Below the pieces are notes generated by a model. It was given only the letters and a program-made list of their open reading frames with translations, did no database searches and was not told the origin of the DNA. From assembly GCA_030637025.1 (NCBI GenBank), contig DAOVVV010000027.1:1-33276 (forward strand): DNA of 33,276 bases, written 5' to 3'. Shown piece by piece: positions 1 through 8,829 of this stretch; positions within the stretch are counted from its first letter, which is position 1, and every line of letters begins with the position of its first letter. The position numbers were made by a program, and so were the translations under genes. The DNA is from Clostridia bacterium. GTDB taxonomy: Bacteria; CBDUZB01; JAGLHV01.

Positions 1-156
1 ATAGGGGAGTTTTTATTACGAAATAAGACTCAACGGAAAAAGCTTTTAGAAATATTTTTTTCGTTGCCTAAAAAATGGCAAGCAAAAATAATAAGAAATG
101 TAAAGGCTAATTCTCAGCCGATTTTTGATTTTTTGTCAAAAAAAGAAAAGAGATAA
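1..156 (+). CDS. 3' end of a truncated gene convergent on tmRNA (IGEFLLRNKTQRKKLLEIFFSLPKKWQAKIIRNVKANSQPIFDFLSKKEKR*); function unassigned, weak resemblance to C-termini of GSU2403-type nucleotidyltransferases
   Basis: Frame 1 is open from base 1 to TAA at 154-156 and is followed by a terminator-like hairpin. The family resemblance is from memory only. Confidence 0.5.
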   Translation: MGEFLLRNKTQRKKLLEIFFSLPKKWQAKIIRNVKANSQPIFDFLSKKEKR

Positions 157-197
157 AAGAAGTGGAAGATAGAGAAACAAATGAAAAAATAAAATAT

Positions 198-230
198 ACC
201 CATTCCAAAGAAAGTTTGGAATGGGTTTTC
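198..230. terminator. Probable bidirectional intrinsic terminator between the partial ORF and tmRNA
   Basis: Perfect 12-bp stem ACCCATTCCAAA (198-209) / TTTGGAATGGGT (215-226) with a 5-nt loop; T-run on the + side, A-rich flank on the other side. Confidence 0.75.
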
Positions 231-239
231 TTTATTAAA

Positions 240-592
240 TGGTGGAGGTGGCGGGAATCGAACCCGCGTCCAGAAATAAGTAAACAATCCTTCTACAAGT
301 TTAGTCTATGTTTTAGTTCATAGTTTATTACTCCCATAGACACGATTAATAAACTATTAGCCTTTTAGAGTTTCATTTTAGTCTTAAAGGCAAAGACTAA
401 AACTATCCTGCTTCGTTGACACTTGATCCCTCTTTTGCAGGCAAAAAAAGGGTAAGCGTAGCCGCGGTTAAGCGGCTAAAGCTAACTTTTGGTCAGCAAT
501 TATGATTATTAGTCGATTGATTTACGAGCCTTCGACTGACCTCGACTTGCCGGAATTGCTTCCTTTATCCCTGTCGAAACCTATTCACCCCC
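240..592 (-). ncRNA. ssrA: tmRNA (SsrA), one-piece, about 353 nt; tag peptide (A)ADQKLALAA* encoded at 497-468
   Basis: 5' end GGGGGTGAATAGGTTTCGAC; 3' end GGACGCGGGTTCGATTCCCGCCACCTCCACCA with T-arm and CCA; resume context ATAATT GCT GAC CAA AAG TTA GCT TTA GCC GCT TAA; adjacent to smpB. Confidence 0.97.
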
Positions 593-603
593 AATATAAA
601 AAA

Positions 604-822
604 TAAATCCTAAATTCAAAATCCAAAATTCAAAACACAAAAGAAAAACTGATAAATCAGGCAACTACAAACAAAAAATAAAGTCATAAATAGTCATAAA
701 CTATGTTTGACTATTTCTTAATGTTATTTGCAATTTTTTATCCATACACTATCCTTTATCTTTTGTTTAGAATTTAATATTTTGAATTTAGAATTTGTTT
801 AGTATTTAGATATTAGGATTTA
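604..822. repeat. Inverted arms of degenerate AT-rich 7-mer repeats with an inner inverted AGTCATAAAT-type repeat
   Basis: TAAATCCTAA 604-613 vs TTAGGATTTA 813-822; CTAAATTCAAAAT 610-622 vs ATTTTGAATTTAG 779-791 (both perfect inverted); inner AAGTCATAAATAGTCATAAAC...GTTTGACTATTT at about 681-716. Confidence 0.75.
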
Positions 823-854
823 GTGTTTATTCTTTATTTTATCTGTCATCTGCT

Positions 855-895
855 GTCTGTTATCTATGGACTATCGACTGTGGACTATGGACTAT
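855..895 (-). repeat. Heptamer tandem module (ATAGTCC)n followed by GATAACAGA, just downstream of smpB
   Basis: + strand CTATGGA CTATCGA CTGTGGA CTATGGA CTAT; same module at about 19083, 19262, 25810 and 30938. Confidence 0.85.
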
Positions 896-910
896 TCTTT
901 TGATGTTAGC

Positions 911-1375
911 CTATTTAAGCCTGAATTTGGATTCTTTTTCCTCTTCTCTCTGTATCGCTTTTTTTTTCAAACTTTCCCGTTTGTCATAAAGTTTTTTTCC
1001 TTTAGCAACGCCTAAAGAAACCTTCGCCAGGCCTCTTTTATTGAAATATATTTGTAAAGGAACCAGGGTAAAACCACGTTCTGCAACTTTTCCGATTAAT
1101 TTAGTAATTTCTTTTTTATGCAGTAATAATTTTCTTTTTCGGGTAGCATCATATTTTTTTTTATCCGTAGCAAAAGAATAAGGAGAAATATGCATATTAT
1201 ATAGGAATAGTTCTCCTTTGTCAATACGGGCAAAACCTTCTTTTAAATTAGCTTTACCGGTCCGTAAGGATTTTACTTCGTTTCCGGTTAAAACTATGCC
1301 TGCTTCATATTTTTCAATAATAGTAAACATATGAAAAGCAACTTTATTGGTAGCAATATTTTTTACAGATTTCAT
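911..1375 (-). CDS. smpB: SsrA-binding protein SmpB (likely start ATG 1375; ORF track extends to 1420)
   Basis: IATNKVA, YEAGIVLTGNEVKSLR, RKRKLLLHKKEI, GFTLVPL, AKGKKLYDKRE motifs; next to tmRNA. Confidence 0.97.
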   Translation of the reverse strand: MKSVKNIATNKVAFHMFTIIEKYEAGIVLTGNEVKSLRTGKANLKEGFARIDKGELFLYNMHISPYSFATDKKKYDATRKRKLLLHKKEITKLIGKVAERGFTLVPLQIYFNKRGLAKVSLGVAKGKKLYDKRESLKKKAIQREEEKESKFRLK

Positions 1376-1645
1376 TTTTTTACCCCAAATCATTTTATCA
1401 AACTTTACTTTTTTTTGCAATATATCTTTTTGTTAGTACCCTCTTTTTGAAAGTCAGGATAAATCTTGTCCCTTCTAAATTGAAGACAGGGTAAGATCTT
1501 CTTATTTAGTGTTTAAAGAAAGAAATTTGTTAATAGAATAAAACATAAAAAAAGAAAATGTGCCTTTTATTCTGCCTGTAGAAAAGGAGTGTGCTTAAAA
1601 ATAAATGCCAGAATAAATCTTGACACTTCTGTGAGCTGTTATTAG

Positions 1646-1675
1646 TTGACAGATTTTTGTTTTTTATGTTATAAT
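1646..1675 (+). promoter_or_regulatory. Sigma70-type promoter for mgtE
   Basis: TTGACA (1646-1651), 18-nt spacer, TATAAT (1670-1675) with extended -10 TG. Confidence 0.7.
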
Positions 1676-1759
1676 CAAAAAAATAGTCGGAAATTTTTTA
1701 GTATAGAAATCATTTTGTAATGGTATTTTTTAAGTTTGTAAGATAAATTATATGCAAAC

Positions 1760-3166
1760 ATGAGGATAATAATGAAACAAAACAAGTGGAAGTATGGTAT
1801 TTCTTTGTTTTTGCCTGAAATTAAAGAATTACTTGCTAAAAAAGATTATGAAGAATTAAAAAAATTTCAAAAAGAAATTTATCCTATCGATTTTGCTGAA
1901 GATTGGGAAAAATTTTCTTCTTCAGAAAAATATATTCTTTTTCATTTACTTCCTCACGCCCGAATGATTGATTTATTCGAAGAATTGGAATTTGACCAGC
2001 AAAAAGAGCTAATAGATAGTTTGCAGTCTCAGGAATTAAAAGAAGTCTTGGATGAAATGGCTTCAGATGAAAGAGCTGATTTGTTTAGAGAACTATCCGA
2101 AAAGACTAAAAAGAAACTTTTTGCTGTAATGAAAAAAGAGAAGGTAGAGGATGTAAAAAAACTTCTTACTTATGAAGAAAATACTGCCGGCAGTGTAATG
2201 ACAACCGAGTTTCTGGAATTAAAAAGAGAGATAACTGCCCGTGTAGCTTTATTAAGACTACAAGAATTTGCCAGCCGGTATAAAATAGAAGATATATCGA
2301 ATGTTTATATTACTGACGAACAACATCGTTTAATAGGAATTGTTTCCTTACAAAAATTAATTACTGCTCCCAGCACCAATATGTTATTAAAAGATCTTAT
2401 GTCTGCAGTTCAAATGATTAAGATCAATGTTAACCAGGACCAGGAAGAAGTAGCACGTCTCTTTAGTAAATACGATCTTCTTTCTGCACCTGTAGTAGGG
2501 GATGGAAACCAGTTATTAGGAGTTATTTCCATTGATGATGTAGTTGACGTTATAGAAGAAGAAACATCCGAGGATATTTATGGAATGGGTAAAATCAGCA
2601 GTGTGCACGATGCAGTACAAATCAATTATAGTCGTGCTTCTGTTTTTGTTTTAGCGAAAAATCGACTTATATGGTTGTTTATTCTTTTAATGATTGAAAT
2701 TTTTGTTTCCGGAAGATTAATTAAGAATTATTCGCATATGATAGAAACACTGATTATACTTACTTGTTTTATTCCTATGTTAATGGATACCGGGGGCAAT
2801 GCCGGTTCTCAGTCTCTAACAATGGTAGTTAGAGGCCTGGCTACGGGTGAGGTTAAAATTAATCAATTATGGAAAGTACTCCGGAAAGAAATTCTTGCTG
2901 GAATATCAGTAGGAGTATTGATAGGAATCGTGGGAACGATAGCTGTTTATTTGTTGTATGGATTTAATTTTAAACTAGGAATTTTAGTGGGAGTATCATT
3001 ATTAACAGTAATTACAATTTCTACAGTAACGGGGGCTTTATTGCCTTTGTTGTGTCAACGGATTGGCCTTGATCCGGCAATATCCGCAAGTCCTTTTATT
3101 ACTACGGTAGTAGATGCAACTACTATTGTTGTTTATTTTGAAATAGCCCGGTATTTATTTTTTTAG
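1760..3166 (+). CDS. mgtE: Magnesium transporter MgtE
   Basis: MgtE N-domain, CBS pair (TAGSVMTTE, LLGVISIDDVVDV), membrane domain with PMLMDTGGNAGSQS and DPAISASPFITTVVD (Mg-binding Asp). Start may be ATG 1772. Confidence 0.96.
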   Translation: MRIIMKQNKWKYGISLFLPEIKELLAKKDYEELKKFQKEIYPIDFAEDWEKFSSSEKYILFHLLPHARMIDLFEELEFDQQKELIDSLQSQELKEVLDEMASDERADLFRELSEKTKKKLFAVMKKEKVEDVKKLLTYEENTAGSVMTTEFLELKREITARVALLRLQEFASRYKIEDISNVYITDEQHRLIGIVSLQKLITAPSTNMLLKDLMSAVQMIKINVNQDQEEVARLFSKYDLLSAPVVGDGNQLLGVISIDDVVDVIEEETSEDIYGMGKISSVHDAVQINYSRASVFVLAKNRLIWLFILLMIEIFVSGRLIKNYSHMIETLIILTCFIPMLMDTGGNAGSQSLTMVVRGLATGEVKINQLWKVLRKEILAGISVGVLIGIVGTIAVYLLYGFNFKLGILVGVSLLTVITISTVTGALLPLLCQRIGLDPAISASPFITTVVDATTIVVYFEIARYLFF

Positions 3167-3196
3167 TTGACATTTAGATTTAGTATTTTCTATGAT
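3167..3196 (+). promoter_or_regulatory. Putative sigma70 promoter for the HD-GYP regulator
   Basis: TTGACA 3167-3172, 18-nt spacer, TATGAT 3191-3196; AGAGGA RBS before the TTG start. Confidence 0.5.
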
Positions 3197-3261
3197 AAAC
3201 AATAAGATAGTAAATATAGTTATAAAAAATAATTTTTTTAGAGAAAAGAGAGGATTTTATT

Positions 3262-4776
3262 TTGAAACAAGAAACGAATATCTTAGTAATAGATGATGTA
3301 GACGTAATCCGAAATTTACTAATGGATATTTTGACAGATGTAGGATATAAAGTGACTGTTGCTTCTACAGGTAAAGAAGGGATTAATTTTGCGAAAAAAA
3401 ATACTTTTGATTTGGTAATAAGCGATTTGAAAATATCTGATATGGACGGACTTAACGTTATTAAAGAAATTAAAAAAATTAGTCCGGGAATAATGACTAT
3501 TATCATTACGGCTTATGCTACGGTAGAGACGGCACAGGATGCATTAAGGGAGGGGGTATTTGATTATGTTACTAAACCGTTTGATGCAAAATCACTTGTT
3601 TTTATAGTAAATAGAGCAATTAAATCTAAAAAACTAACAATGGCTAATCAGCAATTAATGAAAGACCTTATAGACCAAAAAGTTAAATTAGAAGAAGAAG
3701 TAGAAGACCTTTCAATTTTATATAAAATAAAACAGGAAATTTGTTCAACATTAGAATTAAATAAGATATTAAAAATTATTGTCGGTCGGGCAGCGGATAT
3801 TTTAGATGCCCAGGTATGTGTAATTCTTTTAATGAATCCCAGTTCCAAAGAATTATTTGTTCAGTGGGCACATGGATTAAGTAAGGAATATATAGAAACC
3901 ACTAAAATAAAAATAAATGAAGAAATTTCAGGGTGGGTTGCCGGCCATAATGAAGCAATTATCGTAGAAAACTTAAAAGAGGATTCCCGTTTTAACAAAA
4001 GAAAACAGGAAAAATATTATACTGATTCTTTTATTAGTGTACCTCTGATTCTTAAAGAAGAAGTAATCGGTGTAATTAATGCCAATGGCAAAATATTAAA
4101 AAATATTTTTACCGAGCATGATTTAAGACTTTTGTCCGGGGTAGCCATGGAAGCTGCTATTGCCATAGAACATGCCGCTCGATATAAAGATCTTCAGGAT
4201 AGATATTTAAAAAGCATAGCTGTTTTAGCTAATGCTCTTGATAATAAAATTAAATGTACAGAAGATCACTCAAAAAACGTTGCTAAATATGCAGCTGCTA
4301 TTGCCAAAAAGCTTGGTCTTTCTAAAAAAGAAATTGAAACAATCAAGCAAGCGGGAAAACTCCATGATTTAGGTAAAATAATTGTGTCTGACACTATTCT
4401 CACTAAAAAAGACAAGTTAACCGAGGAAGAGTGGGATAAAATAAAACAGCATTCATTGGTAAGTGCGGAAATAATAAAACCGTTAGATTTTATGGGGGAT
4501 GTTGGTAAAATCATAACGCAGCATCATGAACGTGTTGATGGGAAAGGGTACCCGTACGGCCTCCAAAAAGAGCAAATAAGTATAGGGGCACGAATACTAT
4601 CGGTTGTCGATGCTTTTGATGCAATGACTACGAACAGGCCTTATCGAAGTAAAAAAGCCTCTATTGATGAAGCAATTGCTGAATTAAAAAAATTCAGCGG
4701 AACACAATTTGACTCAAAAATTGTAGAAATATTAATTGAATTAGTAAAAGAAGATCCGGAATTATTTAAAAGATAA
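3262..4776 (+). CDS. Response regulator REC-GAF-HD-GYP, putative cyclic di-GMP phosphodiesterase
   Basis: REC: ILVIDD, FDLVISD (phospho-Asp), IITAY, KPF; central GAF (GEIS-like EEISGWVA, ISVPL, GVIN); HD-GYP: LHDLGK, HHERVDGKGYPYG, DAFDAMTTNRPYR. Confidence 0.92.
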   Translation: MKQETNILVIDDVDVIRNLLMDILTDVGYKVTVASTGKEGINFAKKNTFDLVISDLKISDMDGLNVIKEIKKISPGIMTIIITAYATVETAQDALREGVFDYVTKPFDAKSLVFIVNRAIKSKKLTMANQQLMKDLIDQKVKLEEEVEDLSILYKIKQEICSTLELNKILKIIVGRAADILDAQVCVILLMNPSSKELFVQWAHGLSKEYIETTKIKINEEISGWVAGHNEAIIVENLKEDSRFNKRKQEKYYTDSFISVPLILKEEVIGVINANGKILKNIFTEHDLRLLSGVAMEAAIAIEHAARYKDLQDRYLKSIAVLANALDNKIKCTEDHSKNVAKYAAAIAKKLGLSKKEIETIKQAGKLHDLGKIIVSDTILTKKDKLTEEEWDKIKQHSLVSAEIIKPLDFMGDVGKIITQHHERVDGKGYPYGLQKEQISIGARILSVVDAFDAMTTNRPYRSKKASIDEAIAELKKFSGTQFDSKIVEILIELVKEDPELFKR

Positions 4777-4788
4777 TATTTTAAAATT

Positions 4789-4831
4789 AAAAACAGGAAA
4801 TATTAACCAAATATGATTTTTCCTGTTTTTT
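4789..4831 (+). terminator. Possible terminator after the HD-GYP gene
   Basis: AAAAACAGGAAA ... TTTCCTGTTTTT inverted repeat with a large loop. Confidence 0.4.
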
Positions 4832-4837
4832 GACAAA

Positions 4838-5827
4838 TTGAGATTTCATAAAATGAGTAAACCTTTAATAGCGATACTTGGTCCTACCTCTTCAGGAAAA
4901 ACAAAATTCTCTATATTCCTTGCCCAACAAATCAATGGAGAAATTATTTCTGCTGATTCCATTCAAGTATATAAATATATGAATATAGGAACTTCCAAAC
5001 CGCCCGGAAAATGGTTAACGGTTAAAGGGAAACGTTTTTTTATGGTTAATGGAGTTCCTCACTATATGATTGATGTAATAAAACCCGAACAAAAATTTAG
5101 TGTAGGGAAGTATACCATCGCAGCAACTAAGATTATTGAGGAAATTTATAAAAAGGGTAAAATACCTATTTTAGCAGGGGGAACGGGGTTATATATTAAA
5201 GCAATAATTAAAGGTTTATGTCCGGCACCTTCTGCTAATCAGAAAATAAGGAGAAACTTAAAAAAAGAAGCAACTCAAAACGGTATTGAATATCTTTACA
5301 ACCGTTTAAAAAAAATAGATCCCTGTGCTTCATTGCAAATTCATTGTAATAATTTACAGAGAATTATTCGAGCCTTAGAGGTTTATCAAATTACCGGTAT
5401 ACCTTTTTCCCAAATACAACAAAATACTCCAATTCCTAATTATAAAACAATAATGATTGGGTTAAAATGGAATAGGGAAATGCTTTATAAGAGAATTAAT
5501 CAAAGAGTAGAAAAAATGTTTAAAGATGGGTTGGTCAAAGAAGTTCAAAGCTTATTGGATAGAGGTTACAATCGAAACTTGCCTTCAATGCAAGGTTTAG
5601 GATATAAACAGGTTTTTGATTACCTGGAAAAAAAAATTGATTTAGAAGAAACAATATCTTTAGTAAAACGTGATACTCGAAGATATGCGAAAAGGCAATT
5701 AACCTGGTTTAATAAAGATAAGGATATTCATTGGATAGAGATAAACAAAGATATCGACATAAAAGAGGGCATGAATAAGATGTGTTTACTTGTGAAAAAA
5801 ATATTAACTCGAAAAATAATAATGTGA
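4838..5827 (+). CDS. miaA: tRNA dimethylallyltransferase
   Basis: GPTSSGKT P-loop, EIISADSIQVY, GGTGLY, RIIRALEV, GLGYKQ, TRRYAKRQLTWF. Start probably ATG 4853. Confidence 0.97.
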   Translation: MRFHKMSKPLIAILGPTSSGKTKFSIFLAQQINGEIISADSIQVYKYMNIGTSKPPGKWLTVKGKRFFMVNGVPHYMIDVIKPEQKFSVGKYTIAATKIIEEIYKKGKIPILAGGTGLYIKAIIKGLCPAPSANQKIRRNLKKEATQNGIEYLYNRLKKIDPCASLQIHCNNLQRIIRALEVYQITGIPFSQIQQNTPIPNYKTIMIGLKWNREMLYKRINQRVEKMFKDGLVKEVQSLLDRGYNRNLPSMQGLGYKQVFDYLEKKIDLEETISLVKRDTRRYAKRQLTWFNKDKDIHWIEINKDIDIKEGMNKMCLLVKKILTRKIIM

Positions 5828-7101
5828 CTAATTTACTAATGGGTAAAGAAAAAGTAATACTAATAGGTGTTTTATTACCTTCCAAAAAGAGGATTTTCGT
5901 AGAAGATTGCCTGGAAGAACTATCCAGTTTGTGTAATACTGCCGGGGCAGAGGTAGTAGATTTTTATATACAAAAAAGAAAAAAAATTGATTCTGCCTAT
6001 TTTATAGGTAAAGGGAAAATAGTTCAAATACAAAAAAAACATTTAACTAATGGAAAAATAAATACTATCGTTTTTGATGATGATCTTTCTCCCGCACAAC
6101 AAAGAAATCTGGAAGAAATTACCGGGATAAAAATTGTAGACCGTACCCGCTTGATTTTAGATATTTTTGCTAAAAGAGCTTATAGCAAAGAAGGTAAATT
6201 ACAAGTGGAATTGGCCCAATTAACTTACTTGCTTCCTCGCTTGATGGGAAAGGGTATTGCTTTATCTCAACAAGCAGGGGGGATTGGAACAAAAGGCCCG
6301 GGAGAAAAGAAATTAGAAATAGATAGAAGACGGATAAAAAGCCGCATTTTTGTTTTAAAAAAGGAAATTGAAAAAATAAAAAGTCATAGAGCACTTCAGA
6401 GGGAAAGAAGAAAACAGATTCCCATGCCAATGGTTACCTTAATTGGTTACACTAATGCCGGCAAATCTACCTTGTTTAATACTTTGGCTAAAGCATCAAT
6501 TTTTGTTGAAAATAAACTATTTGCTACTTTAGATCCAACTATCCGGCAAATAATTTTACCTGATGGTCAAAAAGCCCTTTTAGCTGATACAGTGGGATTC
6601 ATTCGTAAACTTCCACATCAATTGATAACCGCTTTTCGAGCTACCCTGGAAGAAGTATCACAAGCAGATATTCTTTTACATATTATAGACTCGACCCATA
6701 AAAACAAGCAGGAACAAATTAAAGCTACATATCAAGTATTAGAAGAATTAGGGATAGAAAACAAACAGATAGTAAATGTATATAACAAAATAGACCTTCT
6801 TCCTACAGAAATAAAGCAGAAAGAATTAAGAGGGGAAAAAGGGATTTTTGTTTCCGCTTTAAAAAGCGAAGGAATTTTGTTGCTTTTAAACACGATATCC
6901 GGTTTGCTGGAGAAGGAATTAGTAAGAGCAACCATTGTTATTCCTTCTTCTGAAAGTAGTATTATTTCTAAGATTTTCGATAAAAGCGTAGTGTTAAAGA
7001 AAAAATACAATAAAGATAAACTTACTTTAGAGGTAAAGTTGGCTAAAAAACATGCCGAAAAGTTCAAAGAATATATAGTAAAGACAGTTGAATTGGTTTA
7101 G
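5782..7101 (+). CDS. hflX: Ribosome-splitting GTPase HflX (likely start ATG 5839)
   Basis: LILDIFAKRA, EGKLQVELAQL, GPGEKKLEIDRR, GYTNAGKSTL, LFATLDPT, DTVGF, NKID. Confidence 0.97.
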   Translation: MFTCEKNINSKNNNVTNLLMGKEKVILIGVLLPSKKRIFVEDCLEELSSLCNTAGAEVVDFYIQKRKKIDSAYFIGKGKIVQIQKKHLTNGKINTIVFDDDLSPAQQRNLEEITGIKIVDRTRLILDIFAKRAYSKEGKLQVELAQLTYLLPRLMGKGIALSQQAGGIGTKGPGEKKLEIDRRRIKSRIFVLKKEIEKIKSHRALQRERRKQIPMPMVTLIGYTNAGKSTLFNTLAKASIFVENKLFATLDPTIRQIILPDGQKALLADTVGFIRKLPHQLITAFRATLEEVSQADILLHIIDSTHKNKQEQIKATYQVLEELGIENKQIVNVYNKIDLLPTEIKQKELRGEKGIFVSALKSEGILLLLNTISGLLEKELVRATIVIPSSESSIISKIFDKSVVLKKKYNKDKLTLEVKLAKKHAEKFKEYIVKTVELV

Positions 7102-7125
7102 ATTGGTTTTATTAGTTACATTGGT
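7080..7125 (+). repeat. 9-mer module (ATTGGTTTA/ATTAGTTAC) overlapping the hflX stop codon
   Basis: AAAGACAGTTGAATTGGTTTAGATTGGTTTTATTAGTTACATTGGT; related to 15133-15190 and 19373-19431. Confidence 0.85.
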
Positions 7126-7209
7126 GTGTGCCAAGATAAGTTTTTTGTAAACTATCCTGATGAAAAGTTCAGGAGACAGTAAATGTCTGTTAGAGGCATC
7201 CTCCTTATT

Positions 7210-7244
7210 CTCAGGCGGAGCGGACTATCGCTTTACTCCAGCAA
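7210..7244 (+). repeat. GC-rich dispersed repeat CTCAGGCGGAGCGGACTATCGCTTTACTCCAGCAA
   Basis: 32/35 identical to the minus-strand copy at 19277-19311 (CTCAGGTGGAGCGGACTGTCGCTTTGCTCCAGCAA). Confidence 0.85.
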
Positions 7245-7382
7245 AAAGAAAAAGACATTTTTTCCCCCTTTAAAAAAGGGAGTAGGGGGATTTAGACAAG
7301 AGGCAAATACTAAATTTTAAACACATTTTGCCTTTATTTACTTTATTAATTTTTAATTAAATAAAAACAGGGGTAATTAAAA

Positions 7383-8714
7383 TTGAAAAAGAAAGAAAAA
7401 AATATGAATTCATTACCTGTTGTAGCCGTAATTGGAAGGCCTAATGTAGGCAAATCAGCCTTATTTAATCGGTTAATAGGACAAAGAAAAGCTTTAACCT
7501 GCGACTATGCCGGTTTTAGCCGGGATAGAAATTATGCTACTTGTTCCTGGGGAGAAAAAGAATTCTCCATCATTGATACCGGAGGATGGGAAATAAATTC
7601 CAAAGAAAAAATATGGGAACTTGTTCGTTATCAGTTGGAATTAGCTATTAATGAAGCGGATTTAATCTTGTTTATGGTTGATGGAAAAGAAGGATTGAAT
7701 CCTAAAGATAAAGATCTTTTTAATTTTGTCCGAAAATGCGAAAAAAAATGCCTTTTGGTGGTAAATAAAATTGATTCGGAAAAAGAAGAAATAAATGCTT
7801 ATCAATTTTATCCACTTAGTAGTGAGTTAATTACAATTTCTTCTATACATGGTTTAAATATAAATACCTTGCTGGATAAAGTTTGTTCTCTCCTGCCTTT
7901 TTTTTCCTCTATTTCTTTGGAAAAATCAGAAGAGTTAAAAATTGCTATTGTAGGAAAACCTAATGTAGGAAAATCATCGTTGGTAAATGCTTTATTAGGA
8001 GAAGACAGAGTAATTGTGCATTCCACTCCGGGAACGACCAGGGATTCCATAGATAGCGTATTTAACAACGAAGGGGATACTTTTCGACTTATTGATACAG
8101 CAGGAATCAGAAGGAGAAAGAAAACCAAAGAGGTTTATGAAAAATTAAGTGTTATTAATGCTCGTAAAAATATTCAAAGGGCAAATATTTGTCTCTTAGT
8201 TTTAGAATCATTTACTTTTTCGGATCAGGATATAAAAATTGCCAATATGATTGAAGATGGGAAATGTGCTTGTGTTGTTATTGTAAATAAAAGTGATTTG
8301 ATAAAGAAGAGAGGAGAAGAAAAAAAGATTATTCTTCAGGAAATTAAAGAAAAATTATATTTCATGGATTATGCCCCTGTTTTGTTTACTTCCGCTAAAA
8401 ACAAGGCGGGCATAAAAAAAATGTTAAGAACAATTAAAAAAGTGCTTATTCAGTATAACAGAAATACAAGTAAAAAAGAAGTAGAAAAGTTAATTCTTTC
8501 TGCTTATTTAAATAATCTACCTGGGCTTACTAACGGAAAACGAACAAAAATATATAGAGCGCAACAGGTTAAAACAGCACCTCCTTTATTTTGCATTTGG
8601 ATAAAAGGATATCTTCCTAATGTAGCTTATAAACGTTATTTAAGAAATAAAATTAGACAAAAATTTGGTTTTATCGGAAGTCCTTTGAATTTAGTTTTTA
8701 GAAGGACAAAATAA
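7383..8714 (+). CDS. der: Ribosome biogenesis GTPase Der/EngA (likely start ATG 7404)
   Basis: Two tandem G domains (GRPNVGKS..DTGG..NKID; GKPNVGKSS..PGTTRD..DTAG..NKSD) and a C-terminal KH-like domain (RYLRNKIR..FGFIGSPL). Confidence 0.96.
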   Translation: MKKKEKNMNSLPVVAVIGRPNVGKSALFNRLIGQRKALTCDYAGFSRDRNYATCSWGEKEFSIIDTGGWEINSKEKIWELVRYQLELAINEADLILFMVDGKEGLNPKDKDLFNFVRKCEKKCLLVVNKIDSEKEEINAYQFYPLSSELITISSIHGLNINTLLDKVCSLLPFFSSISLEKSEELKIAIVGKPNVGKSSLVNALLGEDRVIVHSTPGTTRDSIDSVFNNEGDTFRLIDTAGIRRRKKTKEVYEKLSVINARKNIQRANICLLVLESFTFSDQDIKIANMIEDGKCACVVIVNKSDLIKKRGEEKKIILQEIKEKLYFMDYAPVLFTSAKNKAGIKKMLRTIKKVLIQYNRNTSKKEVEKLILSAYLNNLPGLTNGKRTKIYRAQQVKTAPPLFCIWIKGYLPNVAYKRYLRNKIRQKFGFIGSPLNLVFRRTK

Positions 8715-8765
8715 GTTAATGGCTATTTTATATAGGAGAAAAAATTAATTGTAAATAAAAATTAC

Positions 8766-8793
8766 TTGATTTTTACTGATTTTAGTGTATAAT
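8766..8793 (+). promoter_or_regulatory. Putative promoter for plsY-gpsA
   Basis: TTGATT 8766-8771, 16-nt spacer, TATAAT 8788-8793. Confidence 0.4.
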
Positions 8794-8829
8794 TAGTAAT
8801 GTAGTATGTAAAAAAATTGTCAATAACTT

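Noticed and set aside
240-271. Stand-alone tRNA gene
   Set aside because: Only the T-arm and acceptor 3' half are here; they pair with the GGGGGTG 5' end at 592 and enclose a tag ORF, so this is tmRNA.
1421-1759. M-box (ykoK) Mg2+ riboswitch upstream of mgtE
   Set aside because: The best promoter leaves a leader of only about 80 very AT-rich nt with no recognisable aptamer.
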